NCBI GenBank assembly: GCA_047601125.1
Contig: JASGJY010000001.1
Coordinates: forward strand, 913,344 to 977,343
Direction: 5' to 3'
DNA: 64,000 bases
DNA from: Agriterribacter sp.
GTDB lineage: Bacteria > Bacteroidota > Bacteroidia > Chitinophagales > Chitinophagaceae
Shown here: positions 39,610 through 50,253 of the stretch, in pieces
Numbering within the stretch: position 1 is the stretch's first letter
Layout of the letters: each line of letters starts with the position of its first letter
Program-made: the position numbers and the translations under genes
Notes under the pieces: model-generated
What the model was told of the DNA's origin: nothing
Seen by the model: only the letters and a program-made list of their open reading frames with translations
The model's database searches: none

Positions 39610-41031
39610 ATGAAAATAGAACAGATATATACAGGATGTTTGGCACAGGGTGCTTATTATATTGAAAGTAACGGAGAGGCTGTGATCATTGATCCCTTAC
39701 GCGAAGTGCAGCCCTATATTGACAGGGCTGAGCGCAGCAAAGCCAAAATAAAATATGTTTTAGAAACACATTTTCATGCAGATTTTGTATCTGGTCATCT
39801 GGATCTTTCTAAAAAAACAGGTGCGCCTGTTGTATACGGGCCTAATGCAAAGCCTGCATTTGATTTTTACGCGGCAAAGGACGGTGAGGAATTAAAGGTT
39901 GGTAAAGCCTCTATTAAAGTTTTACATACTCCGGGTCATACAATGGAAAGCACCTGCTATTTATTGAAAGACGAAAATGGTAAAGAGGCAGGTTTGTTTA
40001 GTGGAGATACTTTATTTATTGGTGATGTAGGCCGCCCTGATCTTGCACAAAAAGTAAAAGCTGATTTAACGCAGGAAAAACTTGCCGGCTATTTATTTGA
40101 TTCATTAAGAAATAAAATTATGCCGCTGGCAGATGATATTATTGTGTATCCGGCACACGGTGCAGGCAGCGCTTGTGGTAAAAATATGAGTAAAGAAACT
40201 ACGGATACACTTGGGCACCAGAAGAAAACCAATTATGCATTACGTGCCGGTATGACGAAAGAAGAGTTTATTAAGGAAGTAACGACAGGGCTTGTTGAGC
40301 CACCTGCATATTTTCCGCTCAATGTTATGATGAATATACAGGGATATGAAAGCATTGATAAAGTATTGGAAAGAGGTTTGCACGCAATGTTGCCAGATGC
40401 TTTTGAAGCCGCTGCTAATGATACCGGTGCTTTAATGCTTGATGTAAGAGATGCGCAGGAATTTGCGAAAGGATTTATTCCTAATTCAATTAATATAGGC
40501 CTTGAAGGGTCATTTGCTCCCTGGGTAGGCGCAATGATACCTGATATCAAACAGGAAATATTACTCATTTGCGAGCCGGGCACAGAAGAAGAAGTAGTGA
40601 CGCGCTTAAGCAGGGTTGGATATGATTATGTGATCGGTTACCTGCAGGGAGGATTTGAATCATGGAAAAAAGCCGGTAAGGAAGTTGATGAAATTAAAAG
40701 CATTAGCGCAGATGAACTGGCTGAGCTTCAGGCAAAAGATGTTTCATTGCCCATACTTGACGTACGTAAAAACAGTGAATACCTTAGTGAACATATAGCA
40801 GATGCAGAAAATGCACCGCTTGATTTTATTAATGATTCTATGAGCATGATAGACAAAAATAAAATCTACTATGTGCATTGCGCCGGGGGATATCGCTCTA
40901 TGATATTTAACTCAATAATGCGGGCAAGAGGATTTGATAACCTGGTTGACGTAAGAGGCGGATTTAAGGCAATTAAAGAAAGCAATCGCTTTAAAATTAC
41001 GGATTATGTTTGTCCATCAACCTTATTGTAA
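39610..41031 (+). CDS. MBL-fold persulfide dioxygenase-rhodanese fusion (CstB-like)
   Basis: THFHADFVSGH, TPGHT, YPAHGAGSACGK; two rhodanese domains, last with HCAGGYRS. Confidence 0.88.
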   Translation: MKIEQIYTGCLAQGAYYIESNGEAVIIDPLREVQPYIDRAERSKAKIKYVLETHFHADFVSGHLDLSKKTGAPVVYGPNAKPAFDFYAAKDGEELKVGKASIKVLHTPGHTMESTCYLLKDENGKEAGLFSGDTLFIGDVGRPDLAQKVKADLTQEKLAGYLFDSLRNKIMPLADDIIVYPAHGAGSACGKNMSKETTDTLGHQKKTNYALRAGMTKEEFIKEVTTGLVEPPAYFPLNVMMNIQGYESIDKVLERGLHAMLPDAFEAAANDTGALMLDVRDAQEFAKGFIPNSINIGLEGSFAPWVGAMIPDIKQEILLICEPGTEEEVVTRLSRVGYDYVIGYLQGGFESWKKAGKEVDEIKSISADELAELQAKDVSLPILDVRKNSEYLSEHIADAENAPLDFINDSMSMIDKNKIYYVHCAGGYRSMIFNSIMRARGFDNLVDVRGGFKAIKESNRFKITDYVCPSTLL

Positions 41032-41052
41032 ATGATTTAATAACTGGTAAAT

Positions 41053-41367
41053 ATGTTAGGAGTAATTAAAAAATTATTTGGCGGCGGTAGCGCTGTTGAT
41101 TATAAGGCGTTGCTGAGCCGGGGCGCTGTAATTGTAGATGTAAGAACAGCAGCGGAATTCAGGAGCGGGCATATTAAGGGTGCTATAAATATTCCGCTTG
41201 ATGAAGTAAAAAGCAGGGCGGCGGAGTTAAAGAAAAAGGATAAGCCTGTTATTACCTGCTGTCGCAGCGGCAACAGGAGCGGCATTGCAAAGAGTATGCT
41301 TGCATTAGCAGGAGTGGAATGTTATAACGGCGGTGCATGGCAAACCCTGAATTATAAAACAGCATAA
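41053..41367 (+). CDS. single-domain rhodanese
   Basis: IVDVRT..EF..GHIKGAINIP, CCRSGNRS. Confidence 0.92.
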   Translation: MLGVIKKLFGGGSAVDYKALLSRGAVIVDVRTAAEFRSGHIKGAINIPLDEVKSRAAELKKKDKPVITCCRSGNRSGIAKSMLALAGVECYNGGAWQTLNYKTA

Positions 41368-41623
41368 TTGATGAAAGCATTGTTAACTACAGGATGGAGT
41401 TTTATGCGTGTTCTCAGGGCTGGAATGGGAATAGCGGCATTGGTATTTACATTTAAAGATCATAATTTTATTTTTGGTATAGCTGGAGGGCTTTTATTGA
41501 TAATGGGAGTAATGAATATCGGTTGTTGCGGCATTAACGGATGTAGCGTAAATACTCGCCCTGCTAAAAAAGGCACCGCAAAAAAATGCTGAAGAAGAAA
41601 CAACATTTGAGGAAGTGGTATAA
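41368..41623 (+). pseudogene. small 2-TM Cys-rich protein (DUF2892-like), apparently frameshifted at an A7 run
   Basis: ORF stops at 41592 after KKC; removing one A from 41580-41586 gives [14 protein letters not shown] ending 41623. Confidence 0.55.
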
Positions 41624-41689
41624 TAAAGGAGGAGATCGCTACGATACGTATGCATACGTAAAATTGTTAACGCAAAACATAGAAATAAA

Positions 41690-42253
41690 ATGATGGAGTT
41701 TTTAAAACAGCCCTGGCCCTGGTATGTAGCTGGTCCAATAATTGGGCTGATCGTTCCCACACTCCTGATACTTGGCAATAAACATTTTGGCATTTCAGCA
41801 AATTTACGACATGCCTGCGCTGCATGTTTCCCTGCTGATATTAAGTTTTTTAAGTACGATTGGAAAAAAGAAACCTGGAATTTCTTTTTTGCAGGAGGAA
41901 TATTTGTGGGAGCAATTATCGCTTCACAATTATTAGCCAATCCCGAACCTGTAAAAGTTAACCCAAACCTTGTAGCTGAAATAAGCGGCTATGGCATTAC
42001 CGATTACAGCAATATGATACCTGAACAGATATTCAGTTTTGAAAACTTATTTACGGTACGTGGTTTAATTTTATTGGCGGGCGGAGGTTTTCTGGTAGGG
42101 TTTGGCTCAAGATATGCAGGTGGCTGCACTTCCGGCCACTCCATTATGGGATTGAGTGATCTTCAATGGCCATCTCTTGTTGCAACAATAATGTTTATGG
42201 CAGGAGGGTTTTTAATGGCAAATCTTATCCTGCCGGTTATTATGAAATTGTAA
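41690..42253 (+). CDS. YeeE/YedE family sulfur transporter
   Basis: [28 protein letters not shown]. Confidence 0.92.
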   Translation: MMEFLKQPWPWYVAGPIIGLIVPTLLILGNKHFGISANLRHACAACFPADIKFFKYDWKKETWNFFFAGGIFVGAIIASQLLANPEPVKVNPNLVAEISGYGITDYSNMIPEQIFSFENLFTVRGLILLAGGGFLVGFGSRYAGGCTSGHSIMGLSDLQWPSLVATIMFMAGGFLMANLILPVIMKL

Positions 42254-42277
42254 TTATTGTAACTGTAAAAAATATAA

Positions 42278-42826
42278 ATGCAAGCAATGCCTCAACATAT
42301 TCCACCCGTACTGCAACCCGTTGCAGAAGCTGACGTTATAGCAGATAATACAGATTTTGAAGTAAGATCACTTGATACCATATGTGTAAATGAATCTCGC
42401 AAAGTTCATCCCTGGTGGTATAATTTTAAATACATGATTGTGGGTGTGGTATTTGGAATTGTATTTGTAAAAGCAGAAATTATTTCATGGTTCAGGATGC
42501 AGGAAATGTTCCGGTTGCAAAGTTTTCACATGTACGGAATAATAGGTAGCGCGATAGTAGTAGGAATGATTTCAATTTGGCTTATAAAAAAGTTCAATAT
42601 TAAAACCATATACGGAGAAGAGATCGCTTTTCATTCAAAAAAATTTAATAAGGGGCAGGTATACGGAGGTTTATTATTTGGTTTAGGATGGGCAATGACA
42701 GGCGCCTGCCCGGGACCTTTATTTGCGCAAATAGGAACAGGGGCATTTGTAGTTATCGTTGTACTCCTTAGTGCCATTGCCGGAACATGGACTTATGGCT
42801 ACTTCAGGGAAAAGCTTCCGCACTGA
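42278..42826 (+). CDS. YeeE/YedE (DUF6691-type) partner subunit
   Basis: RMQEMFRLQSFHMYG, FGLGWAMTGACPGP. Confidence 0.9.
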   Translation: MQAMPQHIPPVLQPVAEADVIADNTDFEVRSLDTICVNESRKVHPWWYNFKYMIVGVVFGIVFVKAEIISWFRMQEMFRLQSFHMYGIIGSAIVVGMISIWLIKKFNIKTIYGEEIAFHSKKFNKGQVYGGLLFGLGWAMTGACPGPLFAQIGTGAFVVIVVLLSAIAGTWTYGYFREKLPH

Positions 42827-43153
42827 AGCCGGATAACAATAAAATTGAATTATAAAGAGATTTGCTATTTTATTGAATGATGCTATTGCACTGTATATGC
42901 CGGGCTTATTTATTTTCCGGCGCTGAAAGCACAACCGATGCTTCTGTTGTCAATACCCGGAATGTAAAACTTTCCTGCAGGTAAAGCTGAACAGCAGTTT
43001 CAGAATGACTGGTATATGCTGTGGCTCAGAACTCATCATAGGTTTAATATATTGTTACTGATGTAAAAATCGTATTCAACTTTCGTAGCCTTTTTATTTA
43101 ATTTGCGTAACATTAAAAAATAATAAAAAGCTATACCACAAGGTGCATCCCTA

Positions 43154-43915
43154 ATGAAATTTTATGATTTAAACAGGCAGGAGCGGGCAGGATTAGTCAA
43201 TAAGATCAAAGCTGATATTTGTAAAGATTTGACTGATTCCAAAATACAAAAACTAGTCAGGTATTTTTCAGATGAAGATACCTACATCAGAAAATCTGCA
43301 TACCTGTCAATCGGAAAATTGTATTCCGGAAACGAAGGATTGCAATCTGAAATCATTGCTTGTTTACAAAAATTACTTAAAAACAAAGATTTCAGAGTTC
43401 GGCAAACTGTTATTAATTCAGCAGGAGAAATAGGTAAGAAGCATTTTGAAATTGTTGAATATTTTTTTGACACAGGATTATCTGATAAACATCACTCAAT
43501 AAGAAATGCTGTAATTGGTTCTATAAAAAAGATGGGGGAAATAAATCCCAAACCTGTTTTGGAATGGGCTAAAAAATATTTGCATCACGAAGACAAAGAG
43601 ATCAGGCGGGAAATTTGTCATGGGATAGAACTTCGTGGAAGAAAATATCCTCTGGACATTTTGCCTCTTTTGCAAACGTTGCAACACGATAAAACAGCGA
43701 GAGTGCGGAATACCCTGGTTCACGTTATTGGTCAAATAGCATATAAAAAAGGTTGTATTGAGATTGTAACAGCGCATCTGAAAACCTGGGAGAATAAAGA
43801 CCTGGTTGCTGCCGCATTAGCAGAAATCATAGACGTTCATCATCGTTACCGCAACTTTTCGGCAATGACACAAGCCCAGGCAAGAAAATATATTGAACAG
43901 AATTTTACGTACTGA
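43154..43915 (+). CDS. HEAT-repeat protein (possibly DNA alkylation repair-like)
   Basis: Repeating D..RVR..V...G.I helical units. Confidence 0.75.
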   Translation: MKFYDLNRQERAGLVNKIKADICKDLTDSKIQKLVRYFSDEDTYIRKSAYLSIGKLYSGNEGLQSEIIACLQKLLKNKDFRVRQTVINSAGEIGKKHFEIVEYFFDTGLSDKHHSIRNAVIGSIKKMGEINPKPVLEWAKKYLHHEDKEIRREICHGIELRGRKYPLDILPLLQTLQHDKTARVRNTLVHVIGQIAYKKGCIEIVTAHLKTWENKDLVAAALAEIIDVHHRYRNFSAMTQAQARKYIEQNFTY

Positions 43916-44173
43916 AAAGCATATAGCTATAACATAGCATCAGGTTGTTACAGGTAACTGACAACAGTTTGCCGAAAGGGAGAAAATAATATTGAACTGT
44001 ATCATATACCTATATAAAAAAATTGAGGCCCATGGAAATGAGCCCCCTTTAGTTTCAACCCTAAACCCTTGAGAAAGATATTTATAATATAACTAAGATT
44101 ATGCCAAATTTTAAAAACCGGTCTTAAACCGGAATTTTTTTCGCCGGTTTATTTATTTTTTAAATAGAAACTC

Positions 44174-44590
44174 TTAAATCTTTTCCAGCCCGGAAAAGAA
44201 AAAGTTGCCTTCTATAAAGGCATTATCATCACTATCACTGCCATGAATAGCATTTCTGCCCAGGTTTTCAGCAAAAACCTTACGTATGGTGCCTTCATCT
44301 GCTTTTGCAGGATCTGTTGCGCCGATCAGTTTCCTGAAATCCTCTACCGCATTGTTTTTTTCTAAAATAGCTGCAATAATAGGTCCGCTGCTCATAAATT
44401 CTACGAGTTCTCCATAAAAAGGGCGCTGCTTGTGTACCGCGTAAAATTCTCCGGCTTTTTCAGCAGATAGCGATGTAAGTTTTAATGCCACAATTTTAAA
44501 GCCTGCTTTTATAATTCTGTCTATAATAGCTCCTGAATGACCATTAGCAAATGCGTCAGGCTTAATCATGGTAAATGTTCTATTGCTCAT
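44174..44590 (-). CDS. ndk: nucleoside diphosphate kinase (start reassigned to 44590)
   Basis: [24 protein letters not shown]; TACCTTTG -7 element at 44609-44616. Confidence 0.98.
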   Translation of the reverse strand: MSNRTFTMIKPDAFANGHSGAIIDRIIKAGFKIVALKLTSLSAEKAGEFYAVHKQRPFYGELVEFMSSGPIIAAILEKNNAVEDFRKLIGATDPAKADEGTIRKVFAENLGRNAIHGSDSDDNAFIEGNFFFSGLEKI

Positions 44591-44722
44591 ATTTTTTCTT
44601 TTGGGCAGCAAAGGTACTGTTTCGGTTAATAATTAGCATATTGATATTTGCGTAATTAACGTCCTTATAAGCCCTGCATCTGTTTATACCGGAAAAAATA
44701 TTTGACTGAATGGGTATTATAA

Positions 44723-45748
44723 ATGATTTTTGCGCCTTTTATGAAGCCCATCCAGGAGATCTATCCATTATTATCTACCCCCCGCAGAATTGTAATTACC
44801 ATGCATCAAAAGCCTGATCCGGATGCTATGGGCTCATCTCTGGCATTGGCGGGTTTTTTATCCCGGTTTGGGCATAATATTACTGTAATATCTCCCACCA
44901 ATTGGCCCGATTTTTTAAAGTGGATGCCGGGCTGCAGAAGCGTAATTGATTTTGAAGCAGCTAAAGAGAAAGCTTTATCAATACTGGATACTGCTGATTG
45001 GCTGTTTTGCCTTGATTTTAATGCAATGCACAGAACCAAGCACATGGCTCAAAAGCTTAAAGAGCTGCAATGTATTAAAATTTTAATTGACCATCATGAA
45101 CAGCCTGAAACAGCGTCTTTTGATTATGGTATAAGCCTTACTTCTAAAAGCTCTACCTGCGAAATGGTTTACGACTTTATAGTTGGCTCAGGTAATACAA
45201 ATCTTATTAACCAGGATATAGCTTCCTGCCTGTATGCGGGTATTATTGGTGATACAGGTTCATTCCGGTTTCCGGCCACCTCATCAGACGTTCACCATAT
45301 GGTGGCCGAACTGAAAAAGAATGGCTTGCAACATTCCATTGTTCACGAAAATCTTTATGATAATTTTCTTGAAGACAGGCTTCGTTTTCTCGGGCACGTT
45401 TTATTATACAGGATGGAGGTGTTTTATGAATATAACGCGGCATTAATAGCTATACCAAAATCTGATTTGTTGAAATTTAATGTGCGAACCGGTGATACAG
45501 AAGGTTTGGTAAATTATCCTTTATCCATACAGGGAATAAAGCTGGCGGGGTTGGTTATTGACAGGGATGAAGAAAGAAAATGGTCGTTCCGGAGCAAAGG
45601 TAATTTTGATGTAAATACCTTTGCGCGTACATATTTTAATGGGGGAGGACATTTTAACGCTTCCGGTGGAAAAAGCGCTGATTCACTGCAAAAAACCGTA
45701 CAGGTATTTAAAAACGCTATAAAAGAAAACGCAACACAATTACTATAA
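44723..45748 (+). CDS. DHH/DHHA1 phosphoesterase (NrnA-like)
   Basis: HQKPDPDAMGS, IDHH, GDTGSF, GGGHFNASG. Confidence 0.92.
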   Translation: MIFAPFMKPIQEIYPLLSTPRRIVITMHQKPDPDAMGSSLALAGFLSRFGHNITVISPTNWPDFLKWMPGCRSVIDFEAAKEKALSILDTADWLFCLDFNAMHRTKHMAQKLKELQCIKILIDHHEQPETASFDYGISLTSKSSTCEMVYDFIVGSGNTNLINQDIASCLYAGIIGDTGSFRFPATSSDVHHMVAELKKNGLQHSIVHENLYDNFLEDRLRFLGHVLLYRMEVFYEYNAALIAIPKSDLLKFNVRTGDTEGLVNYPLSIQGIKLAGLVIDRDEERKWSFRSKGNFDVNTFARTYFNGGGHFNASGGKSADSLQKTVQVFKNAIKENATQLL

Positions 45749-45760
45749 TCAATTTTAATT

Positions 45761-46756
45761 ATGAAAAAAGCAATATGGGTTTTAGGAGCGATTGCACTGG
45801 GGAACCTTATGATGTCCTGCAATAAAGGAAACAGTTCTTTTAAAAAACTAAAGAACGGGATGGAGTACAAAATCATCAGCTCAGGAAATGGTAAAACAAT
45901 TGCCTACGGTGAAGTGATGAAATTTAATTTCGCCCAGAAATATAAAGATTCTTTAATGAAAGATACCTATGGGCAGCTCCCTCAATATCAGCCTATAGAC
46001 AGCATGCAGCTTCCTAAAGAATATTTTGAAATATTTAAACAGGTTAAAGTTGGGGACAGTATTATTACCCGTATACTTACAGACAGCATTTTTAAAGGCG
46101 GTATGGGCATGATGCCGGCAGGATTTAAAAAGGGAGAATATCTTTCTACCACCTTCAAGGTGCTGGGCATACTTAAAACGGAGAATGCCCAGGAAGATTT
46201 CATGAAAGAGAGAACAGCATTTATGAGAGAAGATTCTATCCGCGCTATTGGCCAAAAAATAAAAGATGAAAAAACCCTGGAAGAATATTTTGCCAAGAAT
46301 AACCTGAAGCCTGCCAAAACAACGGAAGGAACTTATGTTGATATTAAACAAGCCGGTGGTGAACTGCCTAAAGACGGGCAAACGCTTGTGGTAAAATATA
46401 CAGGTAAGTTGCTTGATGGCACTCCGTTTGACAGCAATATCGATTCAACTTTCCGCCATACAGAACCTTATAATGTTACCTTAGGACAAGGTGGTTCAAT
46501 AAAGGGTTTTGAAGATGGCTTAAAGCAAATGGGTAAAGGCGCAAAAGGCACTATATATATACCATCTGTTTTAGGATATGGTTCGCAGGGTTCAGGTAAA
46601 ATTAAGCCCAACAGCAACCTGATATTTGATGTAGAGATATTAGATGTATTAGATGCTCCCAAACCTGTTCAGCCTGCTCCCCAGGTTCAGTTGGATACTA
46701 CTAAAAAAAGAGTGATCAGACCATTAACTCCTCCGGCAAAAAAGAAAAACCAGTAG
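45761..46756 (+). CDS. FKBP-type peptidyl-prolyl isomerase lipoprotein
   Basis: MMSC lipobox; YTGKLLDGTPFDS, IPSVLGYG, LIFDVEI. Confidence 0.9.
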   Translation: MKKAIWVLGAIALGNLMMSCNKGNSSFKKLKNGMEYKIISSGNGKTIAYGEVMKFNFAQKYKDSLMKDTYGQLPQYQPIDSMQLPKEYFEIFKQVKVGDSIITRILTDSIFKGGMGMMPAGFKKGEYLSTTFKVLGILKTENAQEDFMKERTAFMREDSIRAIGQKIKDEKTLEEYFAKNNLKPAKTTEGTYVDIKQAGGELPKDGQTLVVKYTGKLLDGTPFDSNIDSTFRHTEPYNVTLGQGGSIKGFEDGLKQMGKGAKGTIYIPSVLGYGSQGSGKIKPNSNLIFDVEILDVLDAPKPVQPAPQVQLDTTKKRVIRPLTPPAKKKNQ

Positions 46757-46784
46757 GAATTTTGGTAGCTGCATATGAAATTAC

Positions 46785-46814
46785 AAAAGCCCCGCTAAGG
46801 TGTGCGGGGCTTTT
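46785..46814. terminator. bidirectional terminator between FKBP and folP
   Basis: Perfect 11-bp IR aaaagccccgc / gcggggctttt. Confidence 0.85.
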
Positions 46815-46840
46815 ATTTTGCATTGCTTGTGCAGATCAAT

Positions 46841-47671
46841 TCACCTTAAGCTGTATTTTTTGAAAAGCGTGATGACTTCCATTGCCGCTTTTACATCGTG
46901 CACGCGTAAAATATCCGCTCCGTTCATCAGGGCTATTGTATTAAGTACTGTTGTTCCGTTTAATGCATTTTCAGCAGTTATACCTAAAGTTTTATATACA
47001 GTTGATTTTCTTGACAAACCTGCCAGCACCGGGCAGTTCAATATTTTAAATGCACTTAGCTGCCGGAGGAGGATAAAATTATGTTCAATGGTTTTTCCAA
47101 AACCGAATCCCGGGTCAATAATAATATCGTTTATGCCTGCCCGTTTGCACGCATCAGCTTTCCGCACCAGATAGTCTGATACCTGTGCTGTTACATCAGT
47201 ATACTGCGGGTTTTTTTGCATACTCGCAGGCGTGCCCTGCATATGCATACAGATATAGGGCACTTTAAGATTTGCAACAGTATGCAGCATCGCCTCATCC
47301 ATATCTCCGCTGCTGATGTCATTAATAATTGCAGCACCGGACTGCACAGCTTTTTCAGCAACTGCCGCGCTGTAAGTATCAACAGAAATGACTGCCTCAG
47401 GATATGCGGCAATAATCGCTTCTATTGCAGGAATCACACGCTGCTTTTCCTGCTCAGCATTTAGCCGTTCGCTTCCCGGCCTGGTGCTTTGCCCGCCAAT
47501 ATCAAGAATGGAAGCGCCTTCAGCAAGCATTTGGGCTGCAACCTGCACAATATCCTCCAAGTTTTGTTTGCGGCTGCCTTCATAAAATGAATCGGGTGTA
47601 ATATTGATAACACCCATTACAACAGGCTTATCAATAACAAGAAGTTTGCCTTTGCAGTTTAATGTATACAT
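46841..47671 (-). CDS. folP: dihydropteroate synthase (start reassigned to 47671)
   Basis: MGVINITPDSF, DIGGQSTRPG, DPGFGFGK, GLSRKS, LRVHDV. Confidence 0.97.
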   Translation of the reverse strand: MYTLNCKGKLLVIDKPVVMGVINITPDSFYEGSRKQNLEDIVQVAAQMLAEGASILDIGGQSTRPGSERLNAEQEKQRVIPAIEAIIAAYPEAVISVDTYSAAVAEKAVQSGAAIINDISSGDMDEAMLHTVANLKVPYICMHMQGTPASMQKNPQYTDVTAQVSDYLVRKADACKRAGINDIIIDPGFGFGKTIEHNFILLRQLSAFKILNCPVLAGLSRKSTVYKTLGITAENALNGTTVLNTIALMNGADILRVHDVKAAMEVITLFKKYSLR

Positions 47672-47748
47672 TATTGCTTTTCGGCTTATTTTTGAAAAGT
47701 ATATAATCAGCAAAAATAAGTTCATCCGGTATAAAACCAAGTGAAGCA

Positions 47749-48297
47749 ATGAATACATTACAGCAATATGATAAGGCAGTAAAAGAAAGCAGGGATATAT
47801 TTTTAAAGAAAACAGCAGATTACGGAACTTCATGGCGGGTATTGCGCACTATTTCAATTGCTGACCAGATATATATTAAAGCAAAGCGCATCCGCACACT
47901 GCAGGAAAATAAAATTGCTAAAATAGGCGACAGCATCACCTCTGAATTTAAAGGCATACTTAACTATGCTGTTATTGGTTTGATTCAACTGGATATGAAA
48001 GAGGATGAAATACAGGAACTGGATGTGCCGGTTGTTGAGCGGTTATATGATGAAACAATAGAAAAGGCGCGTTCGCTGATGCTGAATAAAAATCATGATT
48101 ACGGTGAAGCATGGCGGGAGATGAGCCAGCAAAGCTATACGGATCTTATTTTGTCAAAATTGCTGCGCATAAAACAAATACTGGCAAACCAGGGGCAAAC
48201 CATTATAAGCGAAGGAATAGATGCCAATTATTACGATATTATTAATTACGCCGTATTTGCCTTAATAATGATTGGAGAAGGAAAGCACGCGGAATGA
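47749..48297 (+). CDS. DUF1599 family protein
   Basis: Duplicated KTADYG / KNHDYGEAW motifs, DIINYAVF. Confidence 0.85.
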   Translation: MNTLQQYDKAVKESRDIFLKKTADYGTSWRVLRTISIADQIYIKAKRIRTLQENKIAKIGDSITSEFKGILNYAVIGLIQLDMKEDEIQELDVPVVERLYDETIEKARSLMLNKNHDYGEAWREMSQQSYTDLILSKLLRIKQILANQGQTIISEGIDANYYDIINYAVFALIMIGEGKHAE

Positions 48298-48326
48298 TAA
48301 TATAACTGATCTACGCTGAGATTTGC

Positions 48327-48998
48327 TTATTTTCCTATAAGCCTGCTGTATTGCATTGCGCCAGATGTAAGTAAAAACTGTGCGGAACAATAGGTGAGCA
48401 TTACGAGCGGCGGTAAAATCTCAAAAGGATAAATAAATTTATGAACAGCCAGTAAAGAATCAGACATTACAAATTGTGAAGAGCCGAAACATAACAGCGC
48501 CGCAATTCTTTTATCCGTTTTCCAGAACAGATTTATGGAGTATAGCCAAACAGCGCAGATAACAGTGCCATACACATATACCGGTATCTTCAATTGCTCA
48601 AGGTAATCGTTCAACACAAATAGTAATATTACCAGGTATACCAGCACCGGTAATCCGAATAATGGTTGAAACTGTAGTAATCCTTTTAGACCTTTTATTC
48701 GCAGCATAAACGCCAGGTAGCATATATGTGCTGTTAAAAATGCTATGAGCCCCTGAATAAACCATGTTTCCCATCGCAATGCAATATCTCCCAGCCATGA
48801 AAAAAACAATGCAGCCGCGAATAGTTTGATATAATTTGTTTTTAAACCTGTTTCTGCTGCTAAGGCAAACAGCAACAAAGGCATTAATAAAACTTTGGTG
48901 AAAAACCTCAAGGGTTCATTGCCGGTAAAAAATAAAATAATATTCAACCCAGCAGCAATTCCATAACAACCGAGTAAGATGAACGTAATACGTTTCAT
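48327..48998 (-). CDS. YhhN/lysoplasmalogenase family membrane protein
   Basis: TKVLLMP, SWLGDI, AFLTAH, FVMSDSLLA, TYCSAQ. Confidence 0.88.
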   Translation of the reverse strand: MKRITFILLGCYGIAAGLNIILFFTGNEPLRFFTKVLLMPLLLFALAAETGLKTNYIKLFAAALFFSWLGDIALRWETWFIQGLIAFLTAHICYLAFMLRIKGLKGLLQFQPLFGLPVLVYLVILLFVLNDYLEQLKIPVYVYGTVICAVWLYSINLFWKTDKRIAALLCFGSSQFVMSDSLLAVHKFIYPFEILPPLVMLTYCSAQFLLTSGAMQYSRLIGK

Positions 48999-49002
48999 GC
49001 TT

Positions 49003-49935
49003 TTATTTTGAAGCTATCCTGGCTTTTCTGCCAAAAAATCTTGAAATGGAATCAAGCACTTTACTGCTGTCTGATATGGATCCCTTAATAGTAGTATATA
49101 TGTTAAAAGTAACTGAATCTGCAGTGTTGAGTTCAACTGCATATCCAATCTTTCTAAGTTCACCGCTCCTGTATAATGCTCTTGCTTTATTGGCAGTTTC
49201 AATAATTACATTATAAGAATTGGCTGTGTCAGCAGTTGCCACTGCATTCAATGAGTCAGTAGCCGGTTTAGCCGCAGTAAGTGAATCTGTTTGCGGAGTG
49301 GCGGCGGGTAATACCGGTTGTATATTTTCAAGATTGGTTTGAGTTGCTTTTTTATCATTTTGCCATTGCTTAAAAAAATACCATCCAATCCAGCCGATAA
49401 TAAATAGTCCGGCGGCAAAAGCTATTGCTACCACGGCTTTTTTTAATGTATTTCCCGAAGACCTGTTGCCGGGGTAATTTTTTTCAAAATCAAGATCTTC
49501 ATGTTGTTCTTCTTTTTTGGGCTTTGCTTTTGTGTGAATATTTTCGTCAACTGCCGGAGAAACAAAAATTTCATTGCCCTGTAAAAATTCAAGGCTACCC
49601 CTGTCATTTAATATCAGGGTGCCCAATCCCTCAATATAAAATTGCTTACTTACATTCAGGAGCTGTTTGCCAATATTTAGAAAATCTTCCAGGTCGGAGG
49701 CGGCTAACGGCTTTATTTTTTTTGTATTGGCAGAAATAAATTCAACCAGCCCGCTATCTTCCCGGCATTTCTTATCGGCGGTAAAACGAATGGCGTTTTC
49801 GGGAACCTTACTTTTTCCTTTTTCGTTTTCAAAAGGATTCTCATAAAAGTTATCTAGAGAAAATTCTCCGATGCCCTGCAATTGCATCTTCTTGTTCTGG
49901 TACAGGTATTGCGCTAATAAGTGAGCAATTTTCAA
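49003..49935 (-). CDS. HU-CCDC81-like N-domain, TM, periplasmic tail protein
   Basis: LLAQYLY...LQGIGEF and IEGLGTL repeats; TM near residues 168-188. Confidence 0.6.
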   Translation of the reverse strand: MKIAHLLAQYLYQNKKMQLQGIGEFSLDNFYENPFENEKGKSKVPENAIRFTADKKCREDSGLVEFISANTKKIKPLAASDLEDFLNIGKQLLNVSKQFYIEGLGTLILNDRGSLEFLQGNEIFVSPAVDENIHTKAKPKKEEQHEDLDFEKNYPGNRSSGNTLKKAVVAIAFAAGLFIIGWIGWYFFKQWQNDKKATQTNLENIQPVLPAATPQTDSLTAAKPATDSLNAVATADTANSYNVIIETANKARALYRSGELRKIGYAVELNTADSVTFNIYTTIKGSISDSSKVLDSISRFFGRKARIASK

Positions 49936-50253
49936 TGTAAAAACTTTATGGTTTAACGATAATTGGCTTTAAAGGCGGCAAGTTACGAAAACTAATTCTT
50001 ATCAATAGCAATAGGCATTGGGCAACCAGGAATGTCGCTTTTATAAAAAATTTAAGGCAATCTCAATTTTTTAACAGACTTCTTTTATTAATAACATAAT
50101 AAATATTTGTCTTTTAAGATTAAATATCTCTTTAAAAGCGAAATCCCTGATTGGACAATAGGATGGTGAATAGTGATTATTGTATGTACATCCTGCAAGC
50201 AGAAACCTGCAACTTCCTGCCAACACAGTATATTTGCTGGCAATTAATGCAAA

